From Camelus ferus (lineage: Eukaryota), in the NCBI RefSeq assembly GCF_009834535.1, contig NC_045697.1, positions 110,300,001 through 110,364,000 on the forward strand: a DNA stretch of 64,000 nt, written 5' to 3'. Positions 41,676 through 62,289 of this stretch are shown piece after piece; position 1 is the stretch's first letter, and each line of letters begins with the position of its first letter. A program made the translations under genes and the position numbers. The notes below the pieces were generated by a model. That model was not told where the DNA came from. It saw only the letters and a list, made by a program, of their open reading frames with translations, and ran no database searches.

Positions 41676-42135
41676 GACGCCGCCGTCTACCCAGTCGCTC
41701 CGGCAAGGAAGAAACACTAATCAGCAACACAGAAACCGCCGCCACACTGTGCAGCTTCTTCCGGAATTGGACGCCTTGGCGCCGGACGTGACGTAAAGCT
41801 GCGCATGCGCGCTGGTCACCCGCCAGCCTCCAAGGGCCAGGGGGCGGGCCTTTCTCTCCGGGGCCGCCTCTGGGGCGGGGTTTTGGGACTGCCGGGTGGA
41901 AGCTGGTGGAGTCGCGCGGCTGAAGGTTTCCCCCGCTTCTGGGGAAGTCTTGAGATGATAAAGTTGTCTACTTTACTCTCAGCCTTAAATATTTTGGCTC
42001 AGGGACATGGTTGTTGTGCTGTATTTCCTGGAGGGTTAATGCTTTTTCTTTAGATAACCTAGGTAATCTTTCTAGGGAGGATCGGGAGAGAGCGCCGTGG
42101 CTCTCACACCCCGCCGCCTTCGGGTGCCGCCGCCT
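41360..42135 (-). promoter_or_regulatory. PLRG1 CpG-island housekeeping promoter
   Basis: High CpG density around exon 1. ETS CCGGAAG (41758-41764, minus), CRE-like TGACGTAA (41789-41796), NRF1 TGCGCATGCGC (41800-41810), Sp1 GGGGCGGG (41841-41848 and 41872-41879). Confidence 0.88.
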
Positions 42136-42730
42136 TGAGTTATGTCACCTGATTCCGCTACTTTGGTTCAGTTTGGCTGGAAGTGTTGAGATATCCTTGT
42201 AGCTGTGGCACCCCAAAACAATTCCGCTTACACTGTCCAGTAAACACTTGTTGAATATTGCGGAAGAGTTTCAATTTGAGAAAGTTTGCAAAAGAGTTTT
42301 TTCTTTTAACAGCATGTGGCAAAATCTCAAATTTATCTTCTGCTGACATAGTTTTTTTTTTTTCCTTTTTTTCCCCTTTTTTTGCTAATCTCTCAAAATG
42401 GCATAACTTCTGGCCATGTCCTGGTTAATCTGCTGATTAATATGGCTTCAGCAATCCCAGGGTACAGCTTTTTAAAGCTGGTGGAAGAAAGACACAAGAC
42501 TTAAGCCATTTCTATTTATATACATCCTGGTGCCAAAGTATTGGCATTTTGTTTTATACCCAGGTAAAATCCAGTTTGTGATCAGTCATGCCTAGCTATT
42601 GCTCCTCCCAAGAAGGAAAATTGATGGAGTTGGACATTTTCAGACTTGAATAGACAAGGACTTTATTGGCTCTGCTTGTTCTTTAACTGTAACCAGGTCC
42701 ACTGATCTTGTCCCCAGAGCACACTGCATT

Positions 42731-43237
42731 TGTTACTGAGTCCAAACCTGTTTTGCACTGCAGGACAGGCCAATAAATCGGGAGACGAGGTGTTGGGGCA
42801 AGGAATAAGGACTTTATTCGGAAAGCCCGCAGAGCAAGAAGATGCAGACTAATGTTCCAGAGAGCCATCTTCCAAGTCAGAATTCAGGCTCCTTTTATAC
42901 TAAAAAGGGGGAGGGGATGTGGTTTTTGCAGACTTCTTGGTGTGGGAAATCTTTGTTCTGGCAACTGTCCACATGGGTCAGATCATGGTGTCCCTGTGTA
43001 TCTCCAACAAAACAAATGTTATTTTCTATTCTGCAACTTATTATATGAATGGAAAAGTGCTAATACCCTTAGAGGCCAGAGCCTTGAGAATGGGCTGTCC
43101 TGTCTATTTCAGGCTATAGGCGACATTCTTTTACAAAATGTGCAGAACCAGCAAGACTGAGCCTAGGAAACAGAGCATAGGGTTAGAGCCAAAAGAATAG
43201 ATCTAACATGGAGTAAGGTTTGTTCTTTTCTATTACA
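42731..43237 (-). mobile_element. ERV1-type solo LTR, 507 bp
   Basis: TG...CA termini and perfect 4-bp TSD CATT (42727-42730 / 43238-43241). Minus-strand TATA-like TATAAAA (~42893-42899) and AATAAA (42813-42818). Confidence 0.85.
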
Positions 43238-43960
43238 CATTATACTTCGAGAGGAGGAAAAATCTGTCAAAAATATAGCAATGTGAATTGATAATCTCAT
43301 TTAGAAATTAATTTTTAATTCATTACAGCCATTAAGGTCATGCTTCTATTTGAAAATACAGTTTCTCTGAATTTGAGTGTCAGTTTGGCCCTAAGAACTG
43401 ATTTTTTTGTGACAGTGGCCACTGATTGTAGGCCTTGCAAGGAAATGCCATAATATAAAACATAAACCTTGGAAAACAATTCACAGTATACATTACTATA
43501 GATGGAAATAACTATACCAAAGAACATGATTTAAAAGACCAAGAAAATGATAGAAATATAAGCATGATTCTAATAGGTCTATGGCAGTATAATAACTATC
43601 TAGTTGTGCCTATTAACTTGTTAGTTAATCATCCTGAAAAAATATTGTAAGCCATGCTGGTAAAAACATCATAATAATTGAATTAAGTTGCACCAGCTTA
43701 TGCTCCTTGTAAAAACTCTTTTGAATCTACGTGAATTTATTATCCACTTCAAACTTTCAGATAGATCTCAGTGACCCTATTATCTAGCTCAGGGATCCAT
43801 GAATTACCTGTATGTTATGCGAATATTGTATTTACATAAGAACTTGAATTTTTTTCTGGTGAGGGGATCTCTAGATTTCTTTTGATTTGGAAAAGAATCC
43901 AGGACCCAGAAAATGTTAAGAATTTCTGTCCTGGCAGACACCCAGAGCTGCCTTATTTAA

Positions 43961-43974
43961 CCAGTAGGGGTCAC
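43961..43974 (+). promoter_or_regulatory. Candidate CTCF site between PLRG1 and FGB
   Basis: CCAGTAGGGGTCAC, one mismatch to CCASYAGRKGGCRS. Confidence 0.45.
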
Positions 43975-46900
43975 TGCTGCTCTTCATAAGGGTAGGAGGC
44001 TTTTGCCCAAAAGCATACAGGGTGAATAATTTATTAATATAAATATTATTAAGTCTTCTGGGATTAAACCAATAGTACAAATTTTAAGGAAGACCTCCCT
44101 TCATTAGTTAGGCTATTTTTTTCACTAACCAGTATAGGAGATCTCTTTATTCTGTTTTAAAAAAATAAACTTTCATGTATGAAGTTAAAACATGCAACAA
44201 GGGGAAAGATCTCATTTATACAACAATAAGTGAAAAATATGCAAGACATATAAAAAAATTAAGAGATATTTTAAAAGGTTTGAATCAATGAAAATGCATA
44301 CCTTATTCTTAGATAGGAAGACTCGAAATTATAAATATGTCGGTGATGTCATTAACCTAATCCTGGTCATATTTTACAGAAAAAAACTGTTAATTCAAGA
44401 AATTATTATTAAACAGTGAAAGATTTTTTAAATGAATGTTATAAAATACTCAGAGTTTTACTATATACTTGATGTATAAAAACTTTAAGTGATTTATTGT
44501 ATTTTATTGTTTGAAAATACAGCTTTCTAATGTGCAATTTATGCTTTTTTTAAAATAAAAATGTCAGTTTCATTTCTAAACATTTGATCTTAATTTTCCC
44601 TTGAATTAATTCAGCAAACCCCAGAAGCCATCTCAGCCAAACTTACCAAAAGATAATTTGGGGGCGGGGCAGGGTTTACTATTTAAAAAGACATCAGGTG
44701 TCTCACAGGTTTGGTGGAAGAATCAAATAATCAAGGTTTGAAGTTTGGGTGTCTTCTGCTGCTGAAGTTGGTAGGCTTTCTCTCTAAAAGGCTGCCATGA
44801 ATACGACACCAGGCCAATCAACCTGATTATTTCCTTTGCTTATTTCTCTTGCAAACATTAAATTGGGGGAGAAAAGCTGATAGGGCTAGCCTGGGCAAGA
44901 GATCTACCCCCACTAAGTCACCTGTGGCTGGAGGGTCAGGATGTCACAACACCTACAGGACCGCACACTGGCAGTTTAGAGGTCATTCCAGGAGAAGGGA
45001 GCAGCACTCCAACCAATGTTCATCACACCCTCTGTGGCTTTGAGTCTAATGTGAAGCGCATCTCTGTCTTTTTTGTAGCTCCTGTGACTGGTATTGGATT
45101 GAAGGAGAAAATGTCCTATTTTCCCCTTATTGCCAATCTCCGTATCTGCTTCCTTAACAAAAGCAAACTGACATCTTCCCAGTCAATAGAAGGAGACTCT
45201 CCATAAGAAACAGAGCTAACCCTACGCTTTCTTCTCTGCAAAGTGCTTCCCCGCTGTACATGGCTAACCACTTACAGATGTCACTGCCACACTGGTGTCA
45301 GGCTTGCCCGTCAAAGCTGTGGTGCAGGCTGGCCTCCAACTCTTCAGTGTTAATTTCTCCTTAAATTTAGTTTGATAGTGGTTCTCAAACTCTAATTCAA
45401 AATAAGATTAAAAAAATACAGAGACTAACAATGATTTAATATCATTTCTCAAAACCTATGCCTATTTAGACATAGAAAGTCAGTACTGCATGTTATTCAT
45501 TCAATCATTCACTCATTGGTATGTTTGTAAACGAGCTCAACAGGTATTTGTCAAATACTTATCATGTGCAAGTGTCTCATGTACACCAAACGGTCGTTCA
45601 AACCCGAAGTTTCAAGTCCAAAAGCCTTTTCCTTTCAAGTCATTTTTCTGTTGGAAGGAGGTTAGGTCCCTAAATTACTGTTTCCAAAGCCTCACCTTTC
45701 CCTGTCTTAGGTTCAGCACATAGTATTGTAAGTAATTTTTTATTTTCTGTCTTCCCCGTCTAGGCACAAAGCTTCATGAGGACAGGGCACTTGTCTATCT
45801 TGGGGACCTATCCTTGGCTCCTAGCATGCTACCTGCCACAAAGTAGGTGCTCTATAAATATTTGATGAACACAGACTGCCTTGTGCACTACAAACTGAGC
45901 CTGTCATGAATTGTAAAAGTATCACCAATGAATGCATGGACAGTCAGTACCAGCAAGTCTGTCCTTCTTGCCAGCGAGCAGCTGGACAGGACAGATTATC
46001 TCTGTTTCCTCTGTCACTGATTGACTGCCCTTGACTTACATAAGAGGATCAGCTAATTTGAAGAACCCTGCACTATTGACCAGAAAACGTAACTGAGCAA
46101 ATAGTACTCCCTTCCTCCTCCACCAATGGCATCAACATTTTCAAAAATTTAAGTATTTTGGCAAGCAGATTCTCTGCAAAGGTATTTCTTCTCTTTGAAA
46201 ATATGGCAATTTTCTTTGTAATATTAGGCACTTTCAAGTGTTAGGATAGCTGTAATATAACTCTATAAAAATATCCAGTGAGAAATAGAATTAAAGAGAG
46301 TCGCAGGCTTTATCACTGATCAGCCGTGCCTCTCACACAGATGTGAATACCCAACACACACCCGCATGTTAGAGGGAAAGTGTAGGTGAAAATAAAGGCC
46401 AAGAATGACTGTGCCCGTCTGAGACACGGGAGTCTCAACCACAAACCAAAAAGTACACTATTTATCATGTTTGCGTTTTGTTGAGCAACATGGCGAAATG
46501 GGCACAGAGTGTGGACTGTTGGGTCAGACAGACGTGGGTCAAGTCCTGGTAACATGCTTACTACCTGATGCTTTGAGAAGTTGATTTAACCTCTCTGAGC
46601 CTCAGTGTCATCATCTGTAGAACTTAGTGGTTTCAAGAATTAAAGTAGATAAATGATTATCAGAGATGGCATCTGAGGCTTGTTTCAATGGAGGCTCATT
46701 CACTCATTGACTTCACAATTTTTTATCCAATGCCTCCCAGGTCTGTCTTGCTCACCAGTGTATCCCAAGCCTCTAGCTCACTACCTGTCACACAGGAGGC
46801 TCCCAAGAGCTATTCATTGAATGAATGTTTAGTTTCTGCTCTTATGGAATGTCCATTCTAGTAGTTTCCTTCCACGTTTCTGCCGACGATGGCAAGAATG

Positions 46901-48454
46901 CTTGTCAGAGCAGAATAAAGGAATTTTCACTTTAATGTACAAGCTTCTAGAATATGCTAGAAGAAACTTTAAAAATTAACAAACTTCTGGAAATTAAATA
47001 ATGGTCCTATTGCTAGTTGATGTAATGTCAGTGCTTGAAAATAAAGCAATATGATAGTGTTATATCAAAAGGAAAAAAAAATTTTAGTCTTCTTAACATT
47101 GTCTTTTTAAATCTGTAAGAATCTGACATCACTAAAATTAAACCCTGTCTGGAGATTAAAATAGAGTTTTGTCAGTTACATTTTGGAGGGAAGTATTCTT
47201 GCATCTTACTTTAATTAATATACACATGCACACATATTTGCTTTCTCAGTCAGTGTGCACTCTTCTTAGAAGGATGAAAATTAAGCAATCTTAAAGTACA
47301 GTCTTGTCTCGCTACTAATGAATGGAACTTACATCTGGAAAGATCCAATCAATTATTTTACTTAATTTAAGCTCAATACTTGGCTTCTATAAATTTGAGT
47401 TAAAAGCATTTGGGAATGTAACCCCTGCTACCCAGAGAGGAAAGAAATTTAGTAAGTCTCGTATCATATCAAGAGTCCACTTCAAAGCATTGTTTAAAAC
47501 ATGCTCTCCTGATCCAAACCTGGGTAACTTGCTATCTTTTTAATAAAATCATTTTAAAAATTTAATGAGAATGTTTCACTTTCCAAAACCAAAAAACCCA
47601 GATAATGCTATAAAGCAGCAGCCCGGCTGGGATTTGTGTTGTTGGCTCTGGTTTCCCTATTGATTCTTGTAAGAATTGTTCATCCTGATTGCAAAAAACA
47701 ATGAAAAGATGAGAGAGATATGTGTTGGTTTATAGGAAATGAAGACGGGAAATGGGCCACATTTAGTTCCTGGGCTTCTACTTGGAATAGATGTTTGAAG
47801 GCATCACAAATGTTAAAATAATATTGTTTGTATAAACAATAGAATGAAATATATTACAAAAATAAAATAAAATGTTAAATATGTATCCACTCACTGTAAT
47901 AATGACTTTGATTTAAGAACCTGTAATCTATTAGTCATTTTAATAATGTTTAGAATTTGTTGAACATTTTTACATATTAATAGAGAACAAAATATAAAAG
48001 GTGGTCAAGGCAGCAAAAAGAAGATAGCATTTTCTTTTTGATGTTGGTCTATCAGAGTGTTTGTCATAAATTGTAATTTTGTTACTCTGATTAATGTCTG
48101 AAAGAAAAGATAAACACATGGTAACATAATGTTATCCTTGATTTTAATGGCCTTTTTAAAAACTGAACTACAGGATTACCTGAAAACTTATCATTTATGG
48201 TAAACCTTTAGTTTGCTCACAGTGTTAGTGGGTGCCTTGTAAATGGGTCCAATTTTTTTGTGCTTGGATTAAAAATTGTTTTTTTCCTCACACATTCTTT
48301 GGGAGCCTGTGCAGCCTCCTTATTAATTTACAGGAAGAGTGATGATACACAGCTCTTTTAAAAATGGTCTCATTTCCCATCATACTGTCCAATTAAATGA
48401 ATTGAAGGACTTTGGTGTTTCTAAACTCAGCCAACGGAGAGCAGTTGTATGAGA

Positions 48455-48594
48455 AGTAAATAAGTCTTGCTGGGAAGATGTTGCTTAAGGGATAAAATGG
48501 TTCAGCCAACAAGTGAACCAAAAAATTAAACATTAACTAAGGAAGGTCCCCACTTCTAAAGGCATACCCAGCAGGGGATTCAGGTATATATATA
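48455..48594 (+). promoter_or_regulatory. FGB proximal liver/acute-phase promoter
   Basis: In the order known for mammalian FGB promoters: FOXA-like AGTAAATAAG (48455-48464), IL-6/STAT3 element CTGGGAA (48470-48476), C/EBP-like TTGCTTAA (48481-48488), HNF1 ATTAAACATTAAC (48525-48537), TATA-like TATATATATA (48585-48594). Confidence 0.85.
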
Positions 48595-48664
48595 GGCTGG
48601 AGGCTCTCTCAGTTAAGTTCACAAGCAAAGGACGGCTTCTTGGAACTTCCAAAACTTTAAAACC

Positions 48665-55838
<7,174 letters not shown>

Positions 55839-55989
55839 TCCCCAAACGTAGATTTTTATTCTGCCTTATGTAACAACATTTTTGTATTCTCATGTCATCA
55901 GAATTTTCATTCAAACATTATATCCCTCTAAAGCTATAAAAAAATTAGTAAATGTGACTTTTTTGGGAAAAGTATTTAGGATAAATGAC

Positions 55990-55995
55990 ATTAAA
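55990..55995 (+). terminator. Candidate FGB polyadenylation signal ATTAAA (another at 56247-56252)
   Basis: Variant hexamer about 150 nt after the FGB stop codon. Usage cannot be verified from sequence. Confidence 0.4.
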
Positions 55996-57852
55996 AGCAG
56001 CCCATGATCTTCTTTCGTATTCATCATTTATACTGCGCACCAAGAAGTAACTAAAAGAATAATTGCAGATAGTCAGTGTTCATAATTTCAATTCCATTGG
56101 ATTGTGAAAAGTTTTAAATGAGGAAGAGGAATTTTCTACCCTTGTGGGAAAACTGAGGTGGACTAAAAACTTGTGTTTGAAAGTCCACTTTGAACCTCTA
56201 TTTATTTATGTAAGATCCGTCACAGAAAATTCAACAGGATTTATTCATTAAATCGGTTTCTGTTACAATAAGTCAATGTTTCCTTATTTTGTAATCCACA
56301 GGGCCACTGAGTCAGGCTTTAAACTTGTAAGAAAAGAGAAGCAGTCCCAACCTCAAGTAGCTAGTGATCTGGCACCGGACACCTGCATGTTCAGAATCTC
56401 ACTCTACCCTGAAAAGCCACTGCTCTGCCAGGTAGCTAGACACGGGGAGCAGAGGTCCCAAGGGGACAGACAGGGTCAAGTCTTCAGCATTGTTTCTTGA
56501 GGGTAACAGGCGAGGCAGGAAGCAGCATTTGCCTCCCGCACCTGGAAATTAAACCTATTGGCCTCCATTGGGTTTTTGTTTTCTACGTAGTCACAACCAG
56601 AACTAAAATAGAGGCGGATTTCTCGTCTTTCTACTTCTCCCCATCAACTCACCGCTTCTCTTACTTCATATTCTCTATCTGCCCTGGGCAACCCTGGGAC
56701 CCACTGTTCCCCTTCCCTCCTGTAGCATCACTGCCACCGACTTTCATAGAAACTGATCGTCCTGAAGCTCATCTTCCATCGCATCCAAGCAAAGGCTATT
56801 AACTTCTATCACGGAAATGCCATCACTCTCTTAATTCCTCATCATATCCAGCTTCAGCTTTGACCTGGTTTCCTGGACATAAGTTCTGTCCCACCCCTAC
56901 CTTTATTCTATTACTCTGCCTTCACATACATTGTCCTAAAAAATAGAAAATTCTGACCAAGTTACTTTCTTGATTAATGTTAACTCTTTGTTATCTAAGT
57001 GTTAAAATCCAAATTCCTTAGTTGGGAATGAAAATGGTTTGTTACTTGGTCCCAGCTCTGTCTCCTGGCCACCCCCTCCTCCGCCTTCACTATACATCTA
57101 CATTCTTGTCACAGCGAATTGTTCACTGTTCCAGGAAAGGGCAGGCCCTTTGTTAACAGCATACGATACTCCCATTGTTAACAGCATGTTTCCCCCCATC
57201 ACCTTCTGACTAATTGCTGTCCCTTTTCAAACCTTCTGGTTACTGCAATTTATCTGATTTACACATCTTTCTCCTTCACTAATAATTAGCTCTTATTCAT
57301 CTTTGATTCCAGAATCATCAGCCTCTCAGAGAGGCTGATTTTCATAAACTTGTAAGTATTGGATAACTAAATCCAGTGAGTATCAAGATCTTGGATAGGT
57401 TTTTTTTTATGTAGAACCCACTTTCCAAAAAAGGCACACATAGAAACTCAACAGGCAAAATACTTGAAAGCAGAACTTTTGAAGCAAGACTGAGGGTAGT
57501 GAAAGCCCACAGAATTAAGGATGGGGAGGTAGCAGGAGCCCAGGCTAAGGGCAGGATCCCTCAGACCTTTGCTCAGCCCCATTATGCACTCAGAACTGAG
57601 CGAATCCCTTGAGAGTTTAAAGTAAAGCCACAGGTTAAAATCCACTGAAGTAGATAATTTGGTGGTCAATTCTTAGTTAATGTACAAATAGCAGAAACAC
57701 AGAGACCATGCCTGGGTAATAGATCTATCTAGAAAGAAGTAAGCCTACTTAACGTATCATTTGATAAGAAATGCTACATATTGGATTTTGCCCATTCAAG
57801 CATCACAATTTTGAATACAATCAAAAGATAATATCCCCTAGTTAACAGTTGT

Positions 57853-58120
57853 TATGGTTACTGGGGGAAAGGGGGTCGGAAGGGATAAATTTGGGAGTTT
57901 GAGATTTGCAGATGTTAACCACTATATATAAAAATAGCTTAAAAAAACAAATTTCTTCTGTCTAGTACAGGGAATGATATTCAATATCTTGTAATAACCT
58001 TTAATGAAAAAGAATATGAAAATGAATATATGTATATATATATATGCATGACTGGGACATTAGACTCTATACTAGAAATCGACACATTGCAACTGACTAT
58101 ATTTCAATTTAAAAAAATGT
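57853..58120 (+). mobile_element. Truncated young LINE-1 3'UTR
   Basis: Same 3'UTR family as 13400-13650; TSD core cccctagtta on both sides. Confidence 0.8.
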
Positions 58121-61100
58121 AGTAGCCCCTAGTTAGAATATAAAAGACAGTATCTAAAAGATTAACTCATGACTTTTATGAAGATTTAAAAAAGATGCAT
58201 TGAAAATTACTCATCCCACACTAAGGCACGGGAACTACAACATACTTATTATACACTTAAGACTGCATGTGTATAACAAGCTATAAAGGATATATGCACT
58301 TGGGACATAAACTTTTAGTTCCTCTGCATTTAAGAACAACAAAACAGCTAACCAATGTAACTAAAGTATTGTTTTTTAAGCTGAAACAGATTCCCCCACA
58401 TGGGGTGAAAATGTGGATTATTTCACACACCAAGAGCCTCAGGAGCTCAGCTGACATTTCTGTTTAACCATTACATATCAACTGTCATGCTCACTGATCA
58501 TCTAAACCTGCAGAGCTGATTTAAAGTACAGATTTCCTGGTGTCAACCCGGGTTTATTACAACAGAGTCTCTACATGGGAAGATCCTAAGAGTATGTATT
58601 TTTACATAAATGTCCCCAAAAGATTCTGATCACTAGCTGGATTTTGGAGTGAATGACACCGGCTACATTTGCATTTACCCGAGACGCCCATCTTTCTTAT
58701 CTAGAACTTTTCCACTCAAATGGTGACCATAAGGCAAAAATTAGAGCAACTGGTCATCTTTGAAATTACTGTGATTTCTAGGTGTGTTTAAAGACTCAAC
58801 TTGTGTTTAACAACGTGGTCTCCGAATGCTGGAACCACTATTCCTACTCCAGTGTCTCTTAGTCTCTGGTGATTCTTTACTTGGACTTTGAGGTTCTTTG
58901 AGATGTAGAAACAAATGAAAGATGCTACCTACCATTTTTACAAAGTTGCAACTGTGACATCTGAACACCATCCATCCCTCGCTGTGTCGGGAGATTTGAT
59001 GCTCCCTGGTTGAGTTTACTGAGGCTGTCACTCAACTCTGCACCAAATCACAATGTGCTAGCGTGTAATTACGGCTAAACTCAGCAAATGGAATAATTTC
59101 TGTTTATTTTAACAACATTCATTGTGGTTTTAAATAATGAAAGTAGTGTATGTTATTTGCAGACATTTTGGGGAATACAGAAGAGAAGCACATCTGCTTA
59201 TAATTTCAGCACTAAAAGGGAAGCAGCTAATATCTTGACATATATTTTTCTTGTTATCCTGTATATGTTTTAGTACTTGAATTTTTCACATTGTGTCGTG
59301 GAAAATTTTCCATGTCACTTAATATTCTTCTATAATATTATTTTCTCATAACATGCTTTTTAATGGCCATAGAAATTCCATCATGTGCCATGTACTCTAA
59401 CTTTTTTAGCCTAGTCTCTGTCATTGGACATTTAGATTTTTATGACTTTGTTCTAATAAAGACAATATTGCAATTAACATCCTTCTACATATTTTGGCAC
59501 ATATATAATCTGTATTGTATTATCTATAATGTAGCTTATTGTCTATTTCCTCCTAGAATAAATTTTTAGAAGCAGAATTTCGAGAGAAAAGAAAGAGTTT
59601 TGGCATTTTAAAAGCTTTTTAAATAAATATATTTGTCAAACAACTGTCAAACAATTTGCCAAACAAAAATAACGATTGTATCAGTTTCCCTTTGGCACAC
59701 AGAATCAGAGGTGTTCGCTTTTTATATTTTTCTTCTCCCTCATGAATGCTGAATGTTATGATGAAAATATTGATAATTGCTTTCATTTTCATATCTTTAA
59801 TTATTAGTGCAACTAAGAGATTTTAAAATGTTTAATAACCACTTGTCTACTTTCTTTTGAGAGTTTCTTTTCATGTCCTTCCCCCAGTTTTCTATTAGCA
59901 TAATCATCTTTTATATACATTTATAACCATTCTTTGTGTATGTAGGAGCAATCAGAGACATGATATTACCCCCCGTTTTTTAAAATACTTTATTTCCTAG
60001 GTGATTAGACTGGGAGAGTCATATGCTTATGCAAATAGTCTTAATTGGTCCTAATATTAACCACTGTACCCTTTCTCATCTCCCAACCAAGATGTGACCA
60101 GCAGGTAATACATTCTTTTGTCTTGTCTTTAGACTGAATTATCTTTATTTCTCCAACAACTTCTTATTTTGAAAACTTTCAGTCTTACAGAAAAATTCCA
60201 AGAACAGTTTAATGAATACCTCCATGCCCTTCACCTAGATTTACCAATTGTTTACTACATTCGCTTTATCTCTCAAAAGGAGACACTTTTAATGCAGTTT
60301 TGTAAGAGCTTGTGTAGGCATGCAACCTTGAGGTCATAGACCTATTGTAGATAGAGCCGAAGGCGGAGTTAGCAAATATTTTCCAGAGTGCTCTGTTGCA
60401 ATCAGCGTGGAGCCACCTTTAGCAAAGAACTGATGAATAGGGAGCCCACAGTTTAATAGCTGAGTATTTCTCAGCTCAGATCTGGCAGGTTATCTTAAAT
60501 TTTCTTGCCTCTGTGGTTTCAAAGTGTTGCTTTTACTATGTGGATATTGAAAATACAATGTCCAGCTCTCTCATATGAGAATTAATTTGAATGTCCTCAC
60601 GATGCAAACTCCTCACCATATTACTCCCATTTGTGATATTTAAGGCTCCTACTACCATCACTTGCAATTAATTAAAGATTTTTCTCCATAAATGAGATTT
60701 ATAAAGTATTTGGGATTCAATCAAAAAGAGGATATAAGTGAGTTAATAAATGCATGAATACATAAATAAAATATCTCCAAAATGGTTTCTGTGTAAATTT
60801 CATTACCTACAAGCAATTTGTATAATCTGTACCGACATTTAAATGTTGCTATTTTTTCAAGCTGTTTCAGCAAACAGTAAATGATGTATTCCTTTGTTCA
60901 AGTATGACAAATACTTAGCTTACGAGTTTTGCATCCTGTGTGTACTTGTATTAATATGGTGGTTTTTTTTTTTTCAGGCTTTTCTAGACATGGTTTGAGA
61001 TTAATAATGAATTTGGCTGGCTTGGTCTTGTTCTGATTCACCAGCTGCACCCCTAGCGTCAGCTAACTAAATCGGAAATGTATTTTGTTGGTTATAATGG

Positions 61101-62289
61101 GAACCCATGACAGCGTATAATTAGATCAGTAATACTACTGGGAGAATAATTAAAATTAAATGCTATATGCAATATTCTCATGTTTATCTATGAACCACAC
61201 TGTCATTATCCTAGAACTTATAATAAGTTCTGTGGGGAAAGCAGGTGGCGAGAGCCTGTAAGAACACTGCTGTGAGCGTCAGTCCTAGAGGTGCTCCTTA
61301 TCATCACGCTGTGAACCCCCCTAAACTATTGCTTTCTCATCAAAGAAAGTCAGCATATAGAATGTACTCATCTTTATTAAAGGAACTCTAATAATGATCA
61401 ATTAAAAACATTCTTATATTACATTTTCTGGAAGAGTAATACTTTATTCTAAAAGGTTTCCAGAAACTGAAAGTAAATATGTAACTAGAATGAATACATG
61501 AATCAAAATTTAAGTAATTTCTTTTAATAAAAGTTGAATATGACATCAACAGATACAGAAGGGATTTATGTATTTAGTAGGGGGATGACATGGATGATCT
61601 TTAAAGTTCCTCTTAAATTTCTTGAATTGACGAAGATTTTATTGGGTTATTACTTTGTGACAGATTTTGAATGACGTAGTGAGGAAAAAAAAATACAGAT
61701 TCTGCACTTAAGAAAGAGTACTTAGGTTTCCCAGGTCCCATGGCATGCAAAAGGAGGGCACTAAGGATGACTAGAGGCTGAAAGATGGAGCTGTGGATCT
61801 ATCTAGGTGTGAAATTAAGAGATAGCTGATTGGTTTTTTACATTTCTTACTCAAGACCAAAATCTCTAATTCAGCGTTTGCCTCTGAAGCAGAAACATTT
61901 AAAAACCAGTACCTTCCTGGCAAAACTTTCAGATTCTTATCTGTTTTATTCATTTATTCATTCATTCACTCAACCAGAGGTCATTTTGAAATGTATAACC
62001 TAAATAGAATTTGCAGATTAAGAGGGTTTTTTGTGTTTTTTGAGGGGGGCTGGAAGGGAAGGAGAACCATGAGTCAGTGAGCAGAAGTTAAAAAAAGAAG
62101 AAACAAACAAAAAAAAGATTTCAAAGTAAATGTAAAATGAAAGTGTTTTTAAAAAATTCATCACGTGTAAGAAAATCTTCTAAATTGAGTGATAAAGAAA
62201 GTTTGGAAATAAAGGAACAACATGCAAAAAATTAAGGATGGGGAAACAACAATAAAATTTTAAAAGCTATTTAAAAATGTATTTATCAT

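Noticed and set aside
60000..61150. HNF1, C/EBP and FOXA-like motifs that might mark a liver enhancer in the FGB-FGA interval
   Set aside because: The matches are imperfect and common in AT-rich DNA, and cannot be localised without alignment or chromatin data.
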